Source of the DNA: Scyliorhinus canicula
Lineage: Eukaryota
Assembly (NCBI RefSeq): GCF_902713615.1
Contig: NC_052172.1
Location: 12,504,185-12,568,184 of the forward strand
Direction: 5' to 3'
Length of the DNA: 64,000 bases
Part shown: positions 11,450-24,720 of the stretch, one piece after another
How the letters are laid out: each line of letters opens with the position of its first letter
Position numbering within the stretch: the first letter of the stretch is position 1
Position numbers and translations under genes: made by a program
Notes under the pieces: generated by a model
The model's database searches: none
What the model saw: the letters and a program-made list of their open reading frames with translations, nothing else
Told to the model about the DNA's origin: nothing

Positions 11450-12640
11450 GAGAGGGCGACAGACGGAGGGGGGGCTTGGCCCTTCCGAACCTGTTATACT
11501 ATTATTGGGCGGCGAACGCAGAGAAGGTGCAGCGTTGGAACAGGGAGATGGAGGCTTTGTGGGTGAGGTTGGAGGCAGGCTCTTTGCAAGGGGCCGGGGT
11601 TGCAGGCGCTGGCAACGGCAGCGCTCCCACTTGCCCCAGGGAGGTTCTCGTTGACTATGGTGGTGGCCATGCTGAAACTATGGAGGCAATTTCGGCGGCA
11701 ATGGGAGGAACGACAGGCGATGGAGATGAAGGACTTGCTTTTAGAAGGGTGGTTCACAAGTTTGGGGGAGCTGGGGGAGAAGTTAGAGGTCCCACGGGGG
11801 AGGGATTCAGGCAAATGCGGGATTTCGCAAAAAACGTTTTCCCAACCTTTCCGGTGGCACGCCCACCTCGTTGCTGGACGGGGGGTTGTCGAGGAGGGGG
11901 GGGGGGGGGGGGGGGGTCGTCCCAGCGATCTATGGGAGGATTTTGGAGGAGAATATGGCGTCACTGGAGGGGTGAAGGCTAAGTAGAAGGAGCAGCTGGG
12001 GTACCGCTGGAGAAGGGGCTGCGTTGTGAGGTGCTGCGGAGGGTGAATGCCTCAACCTTCTTTGCGAGGTTGATACAGCTAAAGGTAGTATACAGATCGC
12101 AGCTGACGAAGTCAAGGATGAGCCAATTGGTCTAGGGGGTGGAGGATATTTGTGAGTATTGTGGGAAATGTCCAGCCAATCACATACACATGTTCTGGTC
12201 ATTCTTCAGCACCATGTCGGCGATCTTGCACGTGGAGCCCAGTCCCCTGGGGGCCATATTCGCGTGTCGGACTTGCCGGAGTTGCAGATGGGAGTGGGTG
12301 GGCAGATGTTTTAGACTTCGCCTTGTTGACTGCTCGCAGGTGGGTCCTGTTGGAGTGGAGGTCAGCTTCACTGTGCCTTGGAGCGGCTGGGGGATTTAAT
12401 GGACTTCTTGTACTTGGAAAAAAGGCTTCAAGGCAGGCGAGTGAGGTGTTCCATAAAAAATGGGGTTTAGTTATACTGCATGTCAGGGAGCTGGTGACCG
12501 TCAACTGTTAGGGGGGGGGGGGGGGCGGGAAGGGAGCTGGCTGGTTCAGGGGCTGGTGTTGCATTCATTTTGTTTTGTAATGTTATGGATGTTAAATATA
12601 AAAATGTTAACATTTGAATGTAAATTACTTTTTTTTTAAA
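11450..12640 (+). mobile_element. Degenerate L1/Tx1-like LINE ORF2 3' fragment
   Basis: GGLALPNLLYYYWAA motif and C-terminal Cys/His region (CEYCGKCPANHIHMFWS); frameshifted. Confidence 0.75.
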
Positions 12641-12829
12641 AACAGCCCTGGCAGCAGACACTGAGCTGGAATCTGTGTGGAATAGAAATGGCATGGAATA
12701 GGAACTCAGGTAAAAGGATCACTTGGTGTGTAATCTGAGGTGACGGAAGCTTTGGGAAGGCATAAGGACAAAATATAGAGCAAGTGCAGAGCGCAGCGGA
12801 GCACCCGGTCAACATCCATCAACTGTAAT

Positions 12830-13482
12830 GAAGTCAAGATCAAGGAGAAATGGGAAGCGGAGTTGGGAGGGGAGATCAACTGGGGAGTATGGAGTGAGGC
12901 ACTGCGAAGGGTAAACGGGACCTCCTCTTGTGCAAGGATGTGCCTGATACAGTTTAAGGTGATGCAAAAGGTGCTTATGACTTGGGCGAGAATGAGTGGG
13001 TTCTTTCAGGAGGTAGCAGGCGAGTGCGAGATGTGTGGGCGGGGGCCAGCAAATCACGTGCACGTGTTGGGGTTGCAAACAAATTGGGAAGATTCTGGGC
13101 AGGGGTGTTCGCGGTAATAGCCAGGATAGTGGAGGAGGGGGTGGACCTGGACCCTTTGGTGGTAGGGTTTCAGAGAAGCCGGAGCTCATGGAGAGGAGGA
13201 AGTCCGATGTTGTGGCCGTCGCCTCTCTGATTGTACGGCGGCGAATTTTGCGGGAGTGGCGGTCGGCATCGTCACCAGGGTTGGCAGCTTGTTGGGGTGA
13301 CCTGTACGACTTCCGGAGGTTAAAGAAGATAAAGTGAGTGAATGGAGCTCTTCGGGGGGGGGGGGGGGTTTGAGGAAACTGGGATCTTTGTGAAAAGAAA
13401 ATTGTAGAAAGTATGTTTCCCGGGGTGTTTATGTGTTGTAACCTGTTTTGATACATGTTGGTAATAAAATACATTTTTTTTA
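12830..13482 (+). mobile_element. 5'-truncated L1-like LINE inserted just downstream of the B9D2 stop codon
   Basis: ORF2 C-terminal similarity (WSEALRRVN…SSCAR…QFKV; CEMCGRGPANHVH); 9-bp TSD AACTGTAAT at 12821-12829 and 13483-13491. Confidence 0.85.
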
Positions 13483-13512
13483 AACTGTAATAAAGCCCCC
13501 CCCTCCCCTCGA

Positions 13513-13826
13513 TCAATATTCTACCCCATACTGGTCAAAGTTGCGGAGAATGATGCTGAGCTGCAGGTGCACTTTGCCCATGGCCACAGTTTGCAGACGA
13601 TAACGGTCAGCTCCGGTGTAAATGAGGTCACTGTGTTTCAGCTGAGGCCCGCCACCCACAAACATCTGGGAGAGCTGCTCCTGCCAAGTACCCAGGGGCC
13701 GCCAGGTGACGCACTGAATCTCGTGGGTCCCCGGGCTGCTGGGGATGTGGCAGAAACCGTAGCCGTACAGATCGTTCCTGCCGAAGGAGTCCTGGTGCCA
13801 GACCTGTACGTAGAGCTTGGGCCAGC
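13513..13826 (-). CDS. B9D2: B9 domain-containing protein 2, last coding exon (314 nt incl. TGA)
   Basis: [17 protein letters not shown]…[11 protein letters not shown] matches the vertebrate B9D2 C-terminus; AG acceptor at 13828-13827, phase 1. Confidence 0.97.
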
Positions 13827-14029
13827 CTGCAGCGGGAAGACATGGACAGAATGAGTTATGTTTGTGCTCAGGCAAGGCGAGAATTCGGATTGATGTTGTC
13901 GCATGACTCCCCTTACCTGCAAACCCGCCCCCCACACACAGCGTATGATGATACAATTTCACAGGCATCAGTTAGCTACTCAACCAAGGTAGCGAGAATC
14001 ATGCGCTCGTGTCCTCACCTTACACCCCC

Positions 14030-14555
14030 ACATGTAAGAAATAGGAGCAGGAGTAGGCCATCTGGCCCCTCGAGCCTGCTCCACCATTCAATGAGATCAT
14101 GGCTGATCTTTTGTGGACTCAGCTCACTTTCCGGCCCGAACACCATAACCCTTAATCCCTTTATTCTTCAAAAAACTATCTATCTCTGTCTTAAATACAT
14201 TTAATGAAGGAGCCTCAACTGTTTCACTAGGCAAGGAATTCGATAGATTCACAACCCTTTGGGTGAAGAAGTTCCTCCTAAACTCAGTCCTAAATCTACT
14301 TCCCTTTATTTTGAGGCTATGCTCCCTAGTTCTGCTTTCACCCGCCAGTGGAAACAACCTGCCCGCATCTATCCTATCTATTCCCTTCATAATTTTATAT
14401 GGTTCTATAAGATCCGCCCAAATCCTTCTAAATTCCAAAGAGTACAGTCCCAGTCTACTCAACCTCTCCTCGTAATCCAACCCCTTCAGCTCTGGGATTA
14501 ACCTAGTGAATCTCCTCTGCACACCCTCCAGCGCCAGTACGTCCTTTCTCAGGTA
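14030..14555 (-). mobile_element. CR1 (HER1-like) LINE 3' end
   Basis: LEGVQRRFTRLIP…YEERLSRLGLYSLEFRR…RNFFTQRVVN typical of the CR1 ORF2 C-terminus. Confidence 0.9.
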
Positions 14556-15264
14556 AAAATTTGGCCCTTTTGAGCCTGCACTACCATTCAATAAGATCAT
14601 GGTTGGTCTGATTGTGGCCCAACTCCACTTTCCTGTGGGCAGCATGTGGTGCAGTGGTTAGCACTGAGACTGCGGTGCTGAGGTTCGAATCCCGGCCCTG
14701 GGTCACTGTCCGTGTGGAGTTTGCACGCTCTCCCTGTGTCTGAGTGGGTTTCACCCCACAACCCAAAGATGTGCAGGGTATGTGGATTGGCCACACTAAA
14801 TTGCCCCTTCATTGGGAAAAAAAGATTGGGTACTTTAAGTTTTTTTTTTAAACTCCACTTTCCTGCCTGTCCTCGACTCCCTTGCCAATCAAAAAAAAAT
14901 CGGTTCAGCTCCCCCTTGAATTGATTGAATGATCCTGCCTCCACTCTTCGAGGGAAGAGAATTCCAAACACTACTGGCTGTCAAGCACAAAAATTATAGA
15001 TGTTTCAATGCGATCATCTCTCATTCTTCTAAACTCCAGAGAACATAGCCTCTGCTCAAACGCGGAGTTGAATGAGCCTATGTCAGGCGGAGGGATCAGG
15101 AACAGAGCTAGTTTCCCTAACTAGGGAACGTGGGTCAATTGCAGCAGGCCCCAATCAACAGAACCTCAGAGATAGGGAGGGAATCTTCTCAGCCCCCGTG
15201 GCTCACACATAACCCCACACGGCTACGATCAGAGCCAGATCCTTGGAACTAAATGGGCAAGAGA

Positions 15265-15855
15265 TGATTTTTAAAAAATAGTTTTTATTCTCCTTTTTCA
15301 CATTTTCTCCCAAATTTACACCAACCAACAATAAACAATAATCAGTAACAAATATGTCAATCCCCATATCAATAACAACAATCCCATCCTCCCACCAAAC
15401 CCCAAACATTAGCCCACATGTTCACATAAACAAATGACAAAAGGAATTAGGGATCACCCATAGTTGCCATTAACACACACAGCCACCCTCCCCCTAACCC
15501 TTCCACCCACCCGAACTAATGTTCAATGTGAAAGTGCATAATGAATAATGCCCATGAATTGTGGAACCCCTCCATCCTTCCCCTTAGTTCAATTTTGACC
15601 GTCTCAAGATTCAAGAATTCCAACAGGTCCCCCCGCCACGCCAGGGCAAAGGGTGGAGAGGCTGCTCTCCAACCCATTAGGATCCGCCTTCGGGCGATCA
15701 ACGAGGCGAAGGCTACAACATCTGCCTCCGCACCGGTTTCCAACCCTGGCTGGTCCGACACCCCGAATATGGCCTCCTGGGGCCCCGGGTCCAGTTTCAC
15801 GTGCACCACTTTAGAAATTACCCGAAAAACCTCCTTCCAGTAATCCTCTAGCTTT
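15265..15855 (-). mobile_element. L1-like LINE 3' fragment
   Basis: AFASLIARRRIL…W motif shared with the other L1-like fragments; A-rich tail. Confidence 0.8.
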
Positions 15856-16299
15856 GAACGGGAAAGAGATAATAATGGAAAATCAAGAGTGAGACACAGG
15901 AGGTAGGGATGGGAATGACAGAGCGTACAAAGTGGAGACTACAACAGGAAACACCCAAGTGCTGGAAGCTTACAGCATATCAGACAGACAGCATATCAGC
16001 ACCAGGCATACAAAACGTTACCACTTCAGATGGTACTCTTCATCAGAACAGCATTATGTGACTTTGCACTCCGTCAGGACCCCAGTTTGATTGGATACCA
16101 ACAAATGTGGGTCAGTAACCAGAGAACACAGATTTTAATTAATTGACACAACAGTGGGAGAACGTCTTTATTTTTTGAAACATACAGAGTGAGTGGTTTA
16201 TACAATAGGGCGGTGGAAGCAGATTCAATAATACATTCCAAAAGATAATTGAATCCCTGCTTTAGAAAGGACAGTTTTGCAGGGCTCGGGGGGGGAAGA

Positions 16300-16810
16300 T
16301 TTAGATTTTAGTTTTGTCACGTGTACAGAGAAAAGTATTGTCCTGCGTACAGTCCAGGCAGATTGTTCCATGCATGAAAATAAAACATAGGACCTACGAT
16401 AAATACACAATGTAAATACATAGACATCGGGGGAAGAATACGGAGTGTAGTGCTACATAGTAGAGAAGATTTGTGGAAAGATCAGTTCAGTCCATAAGAG
16501 GGTCGTTCAGGAGCCTGGTAACAGTGGGGAAGGAGCTGTTTTTGAACCTGTTAGTGCGCGTTCTCAGACTTTTGTATCATCTGCCCGATGGAATAGGTTG
16601 GAAGAGAGAATAACCCGGGTGGGAGGGGTCTTTGATTATGCTGCCTGCTTTCCCCAGGCAGCGGGAGGTGAAGACGGAGTCAATGGATGGGAGGCGGGTT
16701 TGTGTGATGGACTGGGCTGTGTTCACGACTCTCTGTAGCTTCTTACGGTCTTGGGCCGAGCAGTTGCCATACCCAGGCTGTGATGCAGCCAGATAGGATG
16801 GTGCATCGGT
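16300..16810 (-). mobile_element. Rex1/Babar-like LINE 3' fragment
   Basis: YGNCSAQDRKKLQRVVNTAQ…IIKDPSHP motif. Confidence 0.75.
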
Positions 16811-18087
16811 AAAGCAGAGGAGGTGGGACAAACTGGCCAGCTCTTTCAAAAGAGCCAGAATAGGCAGGATGGGCTGAATGGCCTACTCCTCTACGGTAAG
16901 ATTCTATGAGAGAGCTGCAGTATTATCTGTTTGGATTAATTTCTGTGGTATTTTCCTTTCCAAACCACAGACACTCTCTCTAGCCGGGAAACTGAATTGA
17001 GTCAATAGTCACAAGACCAGACAAAGATCTGAACTTCAAAGCTTGACACTCAACAAAGAGCGTCTCTTGATTTTTTTTAAAATTAATTTTCTTTTCGTGC
17101 TTTTGGAATTCAAAACAAAAGAGCGCTGATAATTGCAAACTTTCTCCCAGGCAATTCTGAACAAAATACAAAAGCCTATTAACCTCCTTTCGACTATATA
17201 AGGTGACAAGCTTAATTGAGCCTCCAGAAACACTGAACCCACAAAAGGATGGGAAGGCGATAACTCCCGAGGCAACATGATGAAAACAATGCCACTCTGT
17301 GCTTAACATTTGTGAATTGGTTTGATTGGTTTATTTAACACTGGATGCTCAGTCGGTGAATATTCCCGAGACGGAGGTCGATGCATTTTTCGACAGTAAA
17401 GGAATCAAAGAGTTTGGGGACGAAAGCGAGAAAGGGGAACTGTTGCGGAAGGTCAGCCATGGAACCTAACGGCTTCAGGGGGCCAGATCACATACTCCTG
17501 CTCCTATTTACACTCTGAGCTGCTTCAATTCTCAAAAAGGTAGCAACTGCGGGGCGGCTCATTGATGCAGTGGTTAGCACTGCTGCTTCACGGCGCCGAG
17601 GGCCCGGGTTTCGATCCCGTCCCCGGGTCACTGTCCGTGTGGAGTTTGCACATTCTCCCAGAGTCTGCGTGGCTCTCACCCTCCACAACCACTGTTGCCC
17701 TCCAGCCACTGATTTCACACGCCAAGTCCAGCTTCACATGGGCTTGCGGGAATTCCCCGGCAGAAAACACTGAGCACTACCACCCTTGGCTCAGCAGTAA
17801 GCCTCCGTGCCGCAAGGTTGTAGGTTCAAGTTACAGACTAGGAACCCAAGCACAGCCCGGTCTACAAGAGTCCAGAATGCCAGCAGAACAGGCTATAGGT
17901 ACGGAACAAGGTCAGCAAATGGTATTCAGGGTTACTGAAAATAAAGGTGGGGAATACCAGGCAAGGGTGGCAGGTTTCCAATGCGTCATTAGTGAACCAG
18001 CCAAATTTTTTTTTAAATAATGCATGCTTGGGATGTGGGTGTTGCCGGCAAGGTGAGCATTAATTGCCCATTCTTACATGCCCTTGA

Positions 18088-18425
18088 ACTAAAGTTGTTC
18101 CCGATGGTGGGTGTGTCCAGAACGAGGGGGCACAGTCTGAAGATACGGGGTGCACCATTTAGGACTGAGATGAGGAGAAATTTCTTCACCCAGAGAATGG
18201 TCGGTCTGTGGAATTCACTACCACAGGAAGTAGTTGAGGAGAAAACATTATATAGTTTCAAGAAGCAGTTAGATACAGCACTTAGGGTGAAGGGAATCAA
18301 AGGATATGGGGGTGGAAAGCAGGATTAGGCTATTGCGTTGGATGATCAGCCATGATCATAATGAATGGTAGATGAAGCTCGATGGGCCGATTGGCCTCCT
18401 CCTGCTCCTATTTTATATGTTTCTA
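18088..18425 (+). mobile_element. CR1 LINE 3' end
   Basis: TRGHSLK…FRTEMRRNFFTQR…WNSLP and CR1-type tail. Confidence 0.85.
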
Positions 18426-19169
18426 GGAAAGTGGCTTGCCAGCCCCCACCTCCCGGTCTTATTTCTCATCTGCATACTGCCCCTCGGCAACATCATCTGA
18501 AAGCACAGTGTTACATTTCACATCCGACATCCAGTGCTGGTTGAGCTGAATTTTCCTCCAATTACATATTGGGAAAGGTTGAAGTAATTGTCTTCCTTCC
18601 CATTCCAAATTGTGGGTCTGAGCTACTGATTCCATCCCTCTCCCTGGACAGAGACTAAACCGGACTGTTTGATGCCACATCTGCCCTGGAGGCGAGCTTC
18701 CAAATTCACATCTGGGCCCTCGTAGAGATCGCCCATTCCCAGCTCTGCAGCATCACCCGACTTGGCCCAGTCTCAGTTCAACTGCTGCCGAATCCCTCGT
18801 TCGTGGGCCTTAGTTACGTCGACGAACTACATTCCAACGCATTCGTGGCTGACCTCTCTTCCACATTCTGCCAACTTGTGTTCATTCAAAACTCTCACCG
18901 ACGTCATGTACACCGACCACCCCACGCTCAATAACCTACCTTAGCTCCTGGTCAAGCAACATCTTGATTTTAAAATTATATTCCTGGTTTTCAAATTCCT
19001 CCCTATCTCTGCAATCTCCTCTAACTCCACCGCCCTCCAAGGTAACTGCACTCTTCTCATTCTAGTCCCTTGAGCAGACCCAATTTTAATCACTCTCCAT
19101 TGGGAATTGTGCCTTCAGCTCCCTAGGCCCCAAGCCCTGGAATTATCTCGCAACACCTCACTACCTGGG

Positions 19170-19850
19170 GAGGCAAATGGTATGTGGGACCTCATCGCGA
19201 GAGGACCCGAGTACAGGAATTGGGATGTCTTACTGCAGCTGCACAGGGTCTCTCGGTGAGACCACACTAGGAGTATTGTGGGCTGTTTTGATCTCCTTAT
19301 CGAAGAAAGGACATAGTTGCCGTAGAGGGAGTGCAACAAAGGTTCACCAGACTGATTCCTGGGATGGTGGGATTGTTGTAGGGGGGGATGTAGGGGGGAG
19401 GGATTGGGTTGAGAGGGCCTGTATTCACTGGAGTTTAGAAGAATGAGATGGGATCTGATTGAAAGGTATAAAATTCTGACAAGGCTGGAGAGACTGGACA
19501 CAGGGATGTGCTTGCCTCTGGCTGGGCGGCGGGGGATCTAGAATCAGGCAACACAGTTCAGGATACAGGGCGGGCCATTTAGGACTGAGATGTGGAGAAA
19601 CTTCTTCACTCAGAGGGTGGCGAACTTGCAGAATACTCAACCACAGAAGGTTGTGGAGGCCTAGTCACTGAATATATTTAAGAAGAAAATGGATAGATTT
19701 CCAGACCCGAAAGGTGTGAAGGGTACTGGGGGGAGCGCGGGAATGTCGCATTGAGATAAAGAATCAGCCATGATCATATTGAATGCTGTAGCATGCTCGA
19801 AGGGCCGAATGGCCTACTCCAGGCTCCTATTTTCTATGTTTGTGTGTTTC
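19170..19850 (+). mobile_element. CR1 LINE 3' fragment (degenerate)
   Basis: Decayed CR1 ORF2 C-terminal sequence and tail. Confidence 0.8.
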
Positions 19851-20293
19851 TACCTGGTTTTCCTCCTTAAAACCTATCGCTCACCAAACCTTTGGTCGTC
19901 TGCTCCAATATCTCCTTATGTGGCTCAGTGTCATAGGGAGAAACCACTTCTGTTGGCCAAAGGGTCGGTAACCCGAGGACCCCGATTTAAGATAATTAGC
20001 ATAAGAGATAAAGGGAGATGAGGAGACTTTTGTCTTCAATGCAGCAATGATAATCAGGACCGTGCTGCCGGAAATGAATTTGGGAGGGAACTTGATCATG
20101 CAGAACGGGCAACGGGAGAAAGGGTGTGCGACTAATTGAATCATTCTTGCACTGAGCTGCCACACGCGTGATGGGCCGAACGGCATCCATCTGTCCTCTC
20201 TGATTTCATTGTAAGCCAGCTAACTCAAGAGAGAACTTACACTAACAGCAGGAGAAAACATACAGCTCAAGAAGACAACAGCACTGTGGTTAC

Positions 20294-20419
20294 CTTGGAG
20301 GCCTTTGGTTGCGTAGTGTACATCAATAGGATGCGACCAATAGGCCATGTCCTTGATTACCGGATTGTCCACTTGCGTTTGCCCATCCTTTAAGCCAGAC
20401 AGCAGTTTCCAAGCACACC
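20294..20419 (-). CDS. B9D2: B9D2 middle coding exon (126 nt)
   Basis: [42 protein letters not shown]; AG at 20421-20420, GT at 20293-20292. Confidence 0.97.
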
Positions 20420-20649
20420 CTGCAGACATGGAAGAGGGAGAAGAAAGGAGCTTACATTCTATAATTACAAAAAAAACAAGGAGGAGTTGGTCACTGCGAG
20501 CACAGAAATTACCTAACGGCAGACCAAAGGCTACCATCCTGAAAGTCATAGAATCAGAATCACAATGTCATTGGAGGAGGCCATTCAGCATCGGTAACTG
20601 TGCCGGCTCTCCAAACAAGCACGTGACTTAGTGCCAGGGTTCTTTCAGG

Positions 20650-20770
20650 TGAAAACAGAAAATGCTGGAAAAGACTCAGTAATTCCGCAGCATCTGTGTG
20701 GAGAGAGGGGGAAATTTTTTTTTTTTTTTAAAGAGTTAAAGTTTCGAGTCCGTACGACTCTTCTTCAGAG
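20650..20770 (-). mobile_element. Penelope-like pLTR fragment with hammerhead-like core
   Basis: Resembles 63515-63620; minus strand reads CTGAAGA-AGAGTC-GTACG-GACTC-GAAAC. Confidence 0.55.
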
Positions 20771-21778
20771 TTCTTGAGGGTTGTTAGACTAGAGGAGGTC
20801 ACAAAGATAGGGAAGAGAGAAGGATTCGAACACAAAGATTTTTACTTTTAACTCTGAGGCTGTGCTGGGTTTCCGATACTATAACAGTGACTGCACAAAG
20901 TGCCTGCTGGTGTGGGACATCCAGAGATTGTGAAAGGCTCAAAAATACATTGTACAGGTACAGTGCCTCAAGACCAGTTGTCCAAAAACCAGGCTCTTTT
21001 ATAATGTTCCGTGCATCCATTTGAATGGAGTAATTTATTTTAAACAACTAACCTGGACAATTGGCACTGCATTGATGGGGCGTGGCTCCAGATTAGTAAA
21101 GCCGTAAGACGTGGAAGCAGAGGCAAGCCATTCCGTCCATCAAGTCTGCTCCGCCATTCAATTAGATCATTTAAAAAAATATATTTAGAGTACCCAATTC
21201 ATTTTTTCCAATTAAGGGGCAATTAATTTAGCGTGGCCAATCCACCTACCCTGCACATCTTTGGATTGTGGGGCGAAATCCACACAAACACGGGGAGAAT
21301 GTGCAAACTCCACACGGACAGCGACCCAGAGCCGGGATCGAACCTGGGACCTCGGCGCCGTGAGGCCACAGGGCTACCCCACTGCCCCACCGTGCTGCCC
21401 TATTCAATGAGATCATGACTGATCTGATACGATCAACTCCACTTTCCCGCCTTATTCCCAGAACCCTCACAAATCTGTCTTAACTCAGCCTTCAACATCG
21501 TAATCAGCTTTGCTGCCCTATCCGGTACTCCAAGCGACCAGTGAACCACCCGACTTGGCTGCCCGACTCGAAATGCGACTACAACCAAAATCCAGCACTG
21601 CCTCGGTGCCAGATTTATGGTACTGCACCCGTGTAAATACAAGTCTTACTCTTCCTTATAAAAGGGTGCAAATTGGAAGAAGATGGATTTTCTTCAAATT
21701 CCACTTGTTGAAAAGTTGAACAGGCCGCAGCTAAAGTGTGGAACCCTATGCTCATGCAACCCCAGACGAGGGTCTTAC

Positions 21779-21866
21779 CTGCCTGCAGCCCCCATTTGCA
21801 GAATAGGCTGTTCTGCGGGAAGCCACTTGCTCCAACAATCTGTCCAATAATGTGTACCTCAGCCAT
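21779..21866 (-). CDS. B9D2: B9D2 first coding exon (88 coding nt)
   Basis: [29 protein letters not shown]. Acceptor AG at 21872-21871 lies 4 nt before the ATG, implying an upstream non-coding exon; donor GTAAG at 21778. 88+126+314 = 528 nt = 175 aa. Confidence 0.97.
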
Positions 21867-22299
21867 CCTCCTGCACAGAAAAAGACATGAGACTTTTAGC
21901 ATACTGCACCCTCAGCCAGATACTGCATTGTGCAGAGCAGTCAAACTCCCCCATCACCAATCAATGCTATTGTTCTGGCATAAAAGGCACTATCGACAGA
22001 CAACAGGCATAAATCAACCTTTTTAAACTTCCAAACTTTAATAGTTAGTTGCGCGAGGGTTGGGTTAAATAGTCACACTCGTCAACTCACTTCTTCCATC
22101 ATAGAATGGTGTTAATACAGGAGGCCATTCAGCCCATCATGTCTGTGCTTCCTCCCTGCAAAATCAACTCAGCCAATCCCACTCCCTTGCAACCCTGCAA
22201 ACATTCTCTCTTCAGGTGATGATCCAATTCCCTTTGGAATGGCCCAATTGAGTCTGTGTCCACCACACTCTCAGGCAGTGTATTCCTAAACCATTTCTT

Positions 22300-24010
22300 C
22301 AGCCATCGCTCGCTAATGAGTATGACTGTCCACCTAACAAACTCCGTTTCACTGGTCGTGGGTCCTTGCGTGACTGATGAGCCTGATCCTAGAGATGCAT
22401 CTTCAATCGCCCATGTGGCAGAGGTTTCTGGGAGGTGGGATTGGTCCCTGTACTCTAGAGTGTTGGCAGTCCTTTCTCAGGCCCAATTTCCAGACTTCCC
22501 CTTGCCGTCGAATATTCGCGAAGAATTGTGTCCCTTCATTCAGGAGGTTCCTCCAGGTAGGTTTCTTCTAAGCAAGGGTCTCCCAGGCATTGATGTCCAT
22601 GTTGCACTTCTTGAGGCAAGTCTTCAGGGTGTCTTTGAAGCGCTTCCTTATCCTCCTTTAGTTCGGGTGCCTTCCTTGGACTTGGCAAAGAAGACTTGTT
22701 TTGACAATAAGGACTCTGGCATTCTAAGCACGTGATCGGCCAAACCAAGTTGATTTCTGATAACCATGGCCTCGATGATGGAGCTCCTGGCTCCTTCAAG
22801 GACACTGATGTTCGTACACCTGTCCTCCCAGCTGATGCAGAGAATCTTTCTCAAACAGCGTTGATGGTCCCTCTAAAGAGCCTTTAGGTGGCGTCTGTAC
22901 GTATTCCAGGATTTTGAGCCGTTTGGCGGAGCTGGGAAGACGACTGCCTTGTACACGAGGATCTTAGTATCAGCACGGATGTTATAGTCATCAAGGCTCT
23001 CATCCTGAGGCATCCAAAGACAGTTCTCGCAGATTGGTTACGATGTTGGATCTCCACATCGATGCCAGCCTTAGATGAATGGCGGTTCCCCAAGTAGGGG
23101 AAATGTTTCACGTGTGGGGGGATTTTTCTGTTGATCTTGATGGAGGGAGGGACCGGATCTTGCCCAGGGGCAGGTTGATACAGGCGTAGAGGAGGTTGAG
23201 GCGGAGAATTATTCTTTGGTATGCTTCCACGAAGGCGTCAAGCGCAGCTTGGAGATTGCCTCCGAAAGAGCAGAGATGGCTTTCTCATCCGCATACTGAA
23301 AATCCATGAGCGATGCCAGTGTCACTTTCTTCTTGGATTTCAACCAGTTGAGGTCGAAACGTTTTCCGTCCATCTTCTGGATCATGTCAACTCCACTGGG
23401 AAGCTGGTTCTTGACTAGGGGAAAGATGGTGGTAACTAAACTGGAGGCAAGGGTGGGGCCACGACACATCCTGACACCAGTCTTGACCTTGAAGGTTTAA
23501 GTTGTATTTCCGTCGGGTGAGGAATGTCGGAGGATGTTGATGAATTTCTCTGGACAGCCGGCCTTCGAAAGGGTCTTCCATAATACTTCCTGACCGAGTC
23601 GATAGCCTTGATCAGATCGATGAATGCCGTGCAGAGTTGATGTTGCTCCTGGCATATGTCTTGAAGTTATTGAACAGTGAAAATTGTGTCCACTGTTCCA
23701 GGATTTGGTTGGAAGCCACACTGTCTTTCCAGAAGGGTTGCTTCAGAGGCTGGGAGAAGGCTGCTAGTGAGGATTTGGGCGATAGCCTGACGAGTGACGG
23801 ACACTAGGGAGATTCCTCAGTAGTTCCCACAATCTGCTTTGTCTTCTTTTCTTGAAGGTGATGGTGATGACAGCATCCCTGAGATCGGCAAGTATTTCCT
23901 CTCTGTCCCAGATTTTCAGGAACAGCTGATGGAGATGGCGGGGGAATTTGAAAATCTCCGTTGGAATCCCGTCCACTCCTGCAACTTTTTCATTCTTGCG
24001 GCTTCGATTA
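22300..24010 (-). mobile_element. Degenerate RTE-clade LINE
   Basis: RT fragments: GVDGIPTEIFK, FQYADE, FPYLG, LRKILCISWEDRCTNISVLE, PESLLSKQVFF. Confidence 0.8.
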
Positions 24011-24069
24011 CACAGACACTGGCTATGAAAAATATGGTTCTTTTGCCTTTCCACAGGGGGAGGCAATTC

Positions 24070-24720
24070 AACAGCGCAAACCTCCTTGCACTATCAACAC
24101 CCTGGAGGTTACCATTGACCAGAAATGCAACTGTAGCTACAAGAGCAAATCAGAGGCTGGGAATTCTGCAGCAACTAACTCACCTTCTGACTCCCAAAGC
24201 CATGTCAACCATCAACAAGGCATAAGTCAGGAATGTGACGGAATATGCTCCACTTGCCTAGATGAGTGCAGCTCCAACAACACTCTTCACTCGACACCAT
24301 CCAGGACAAAGCAACTCACTTAATGGGCACACAACCAGCATCTTAAACAATTACTCCCTCCACCACTGACACACAATGGCAGCAGTGTGTACCATCTACA
24401 AAATGCACTGCAGGGACACACAAGACTCCTTCAATGACACATTCCAAACCTGTGACCTCTACCTTCTGGAAATATGAGGGCAGCAGATACATGGGAATTC
24501 CACCACATGCAAGTTGCCCTCCAAGACACTCACTATCCTGACTTGGCCGTTCCTTCACTATCACTGGGTCAAGATCTTGGAACTCCCTCCCCAACAGCTC
24601 TGTTGAGTGTACCTCACGGACTGCAGCAGTTCAAGTAGGCAGCTCACCACCACGTTCTCAAGGGGCAATTAGGGATGGGCAATAAATGCTGGCCTAACCA
24701 GCAACACCGACATCCAGTAA
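24070..24720 (+). mobile_element. CR1-clade LINE 3' fragment (second family)
   Basis: ANQRLGIL…LTPKAMSTINKA…EYAPLA type RT C-terminal remnant. Confidence 0.6.

Noticed and set aside
1-12800. TGFB1, which lies downstream of B9D2 in mammals
   Set aside because: No TGF-beta signal, propeptide or cystine-knot sequence recognised in any listed ORF.
13827-13968. N-terminal part of the 151-aa ORF overlapping the last B9D2 exon
   Set aside because: Intronic; B9D2 similarity starts at the AG acceptor at 13827.
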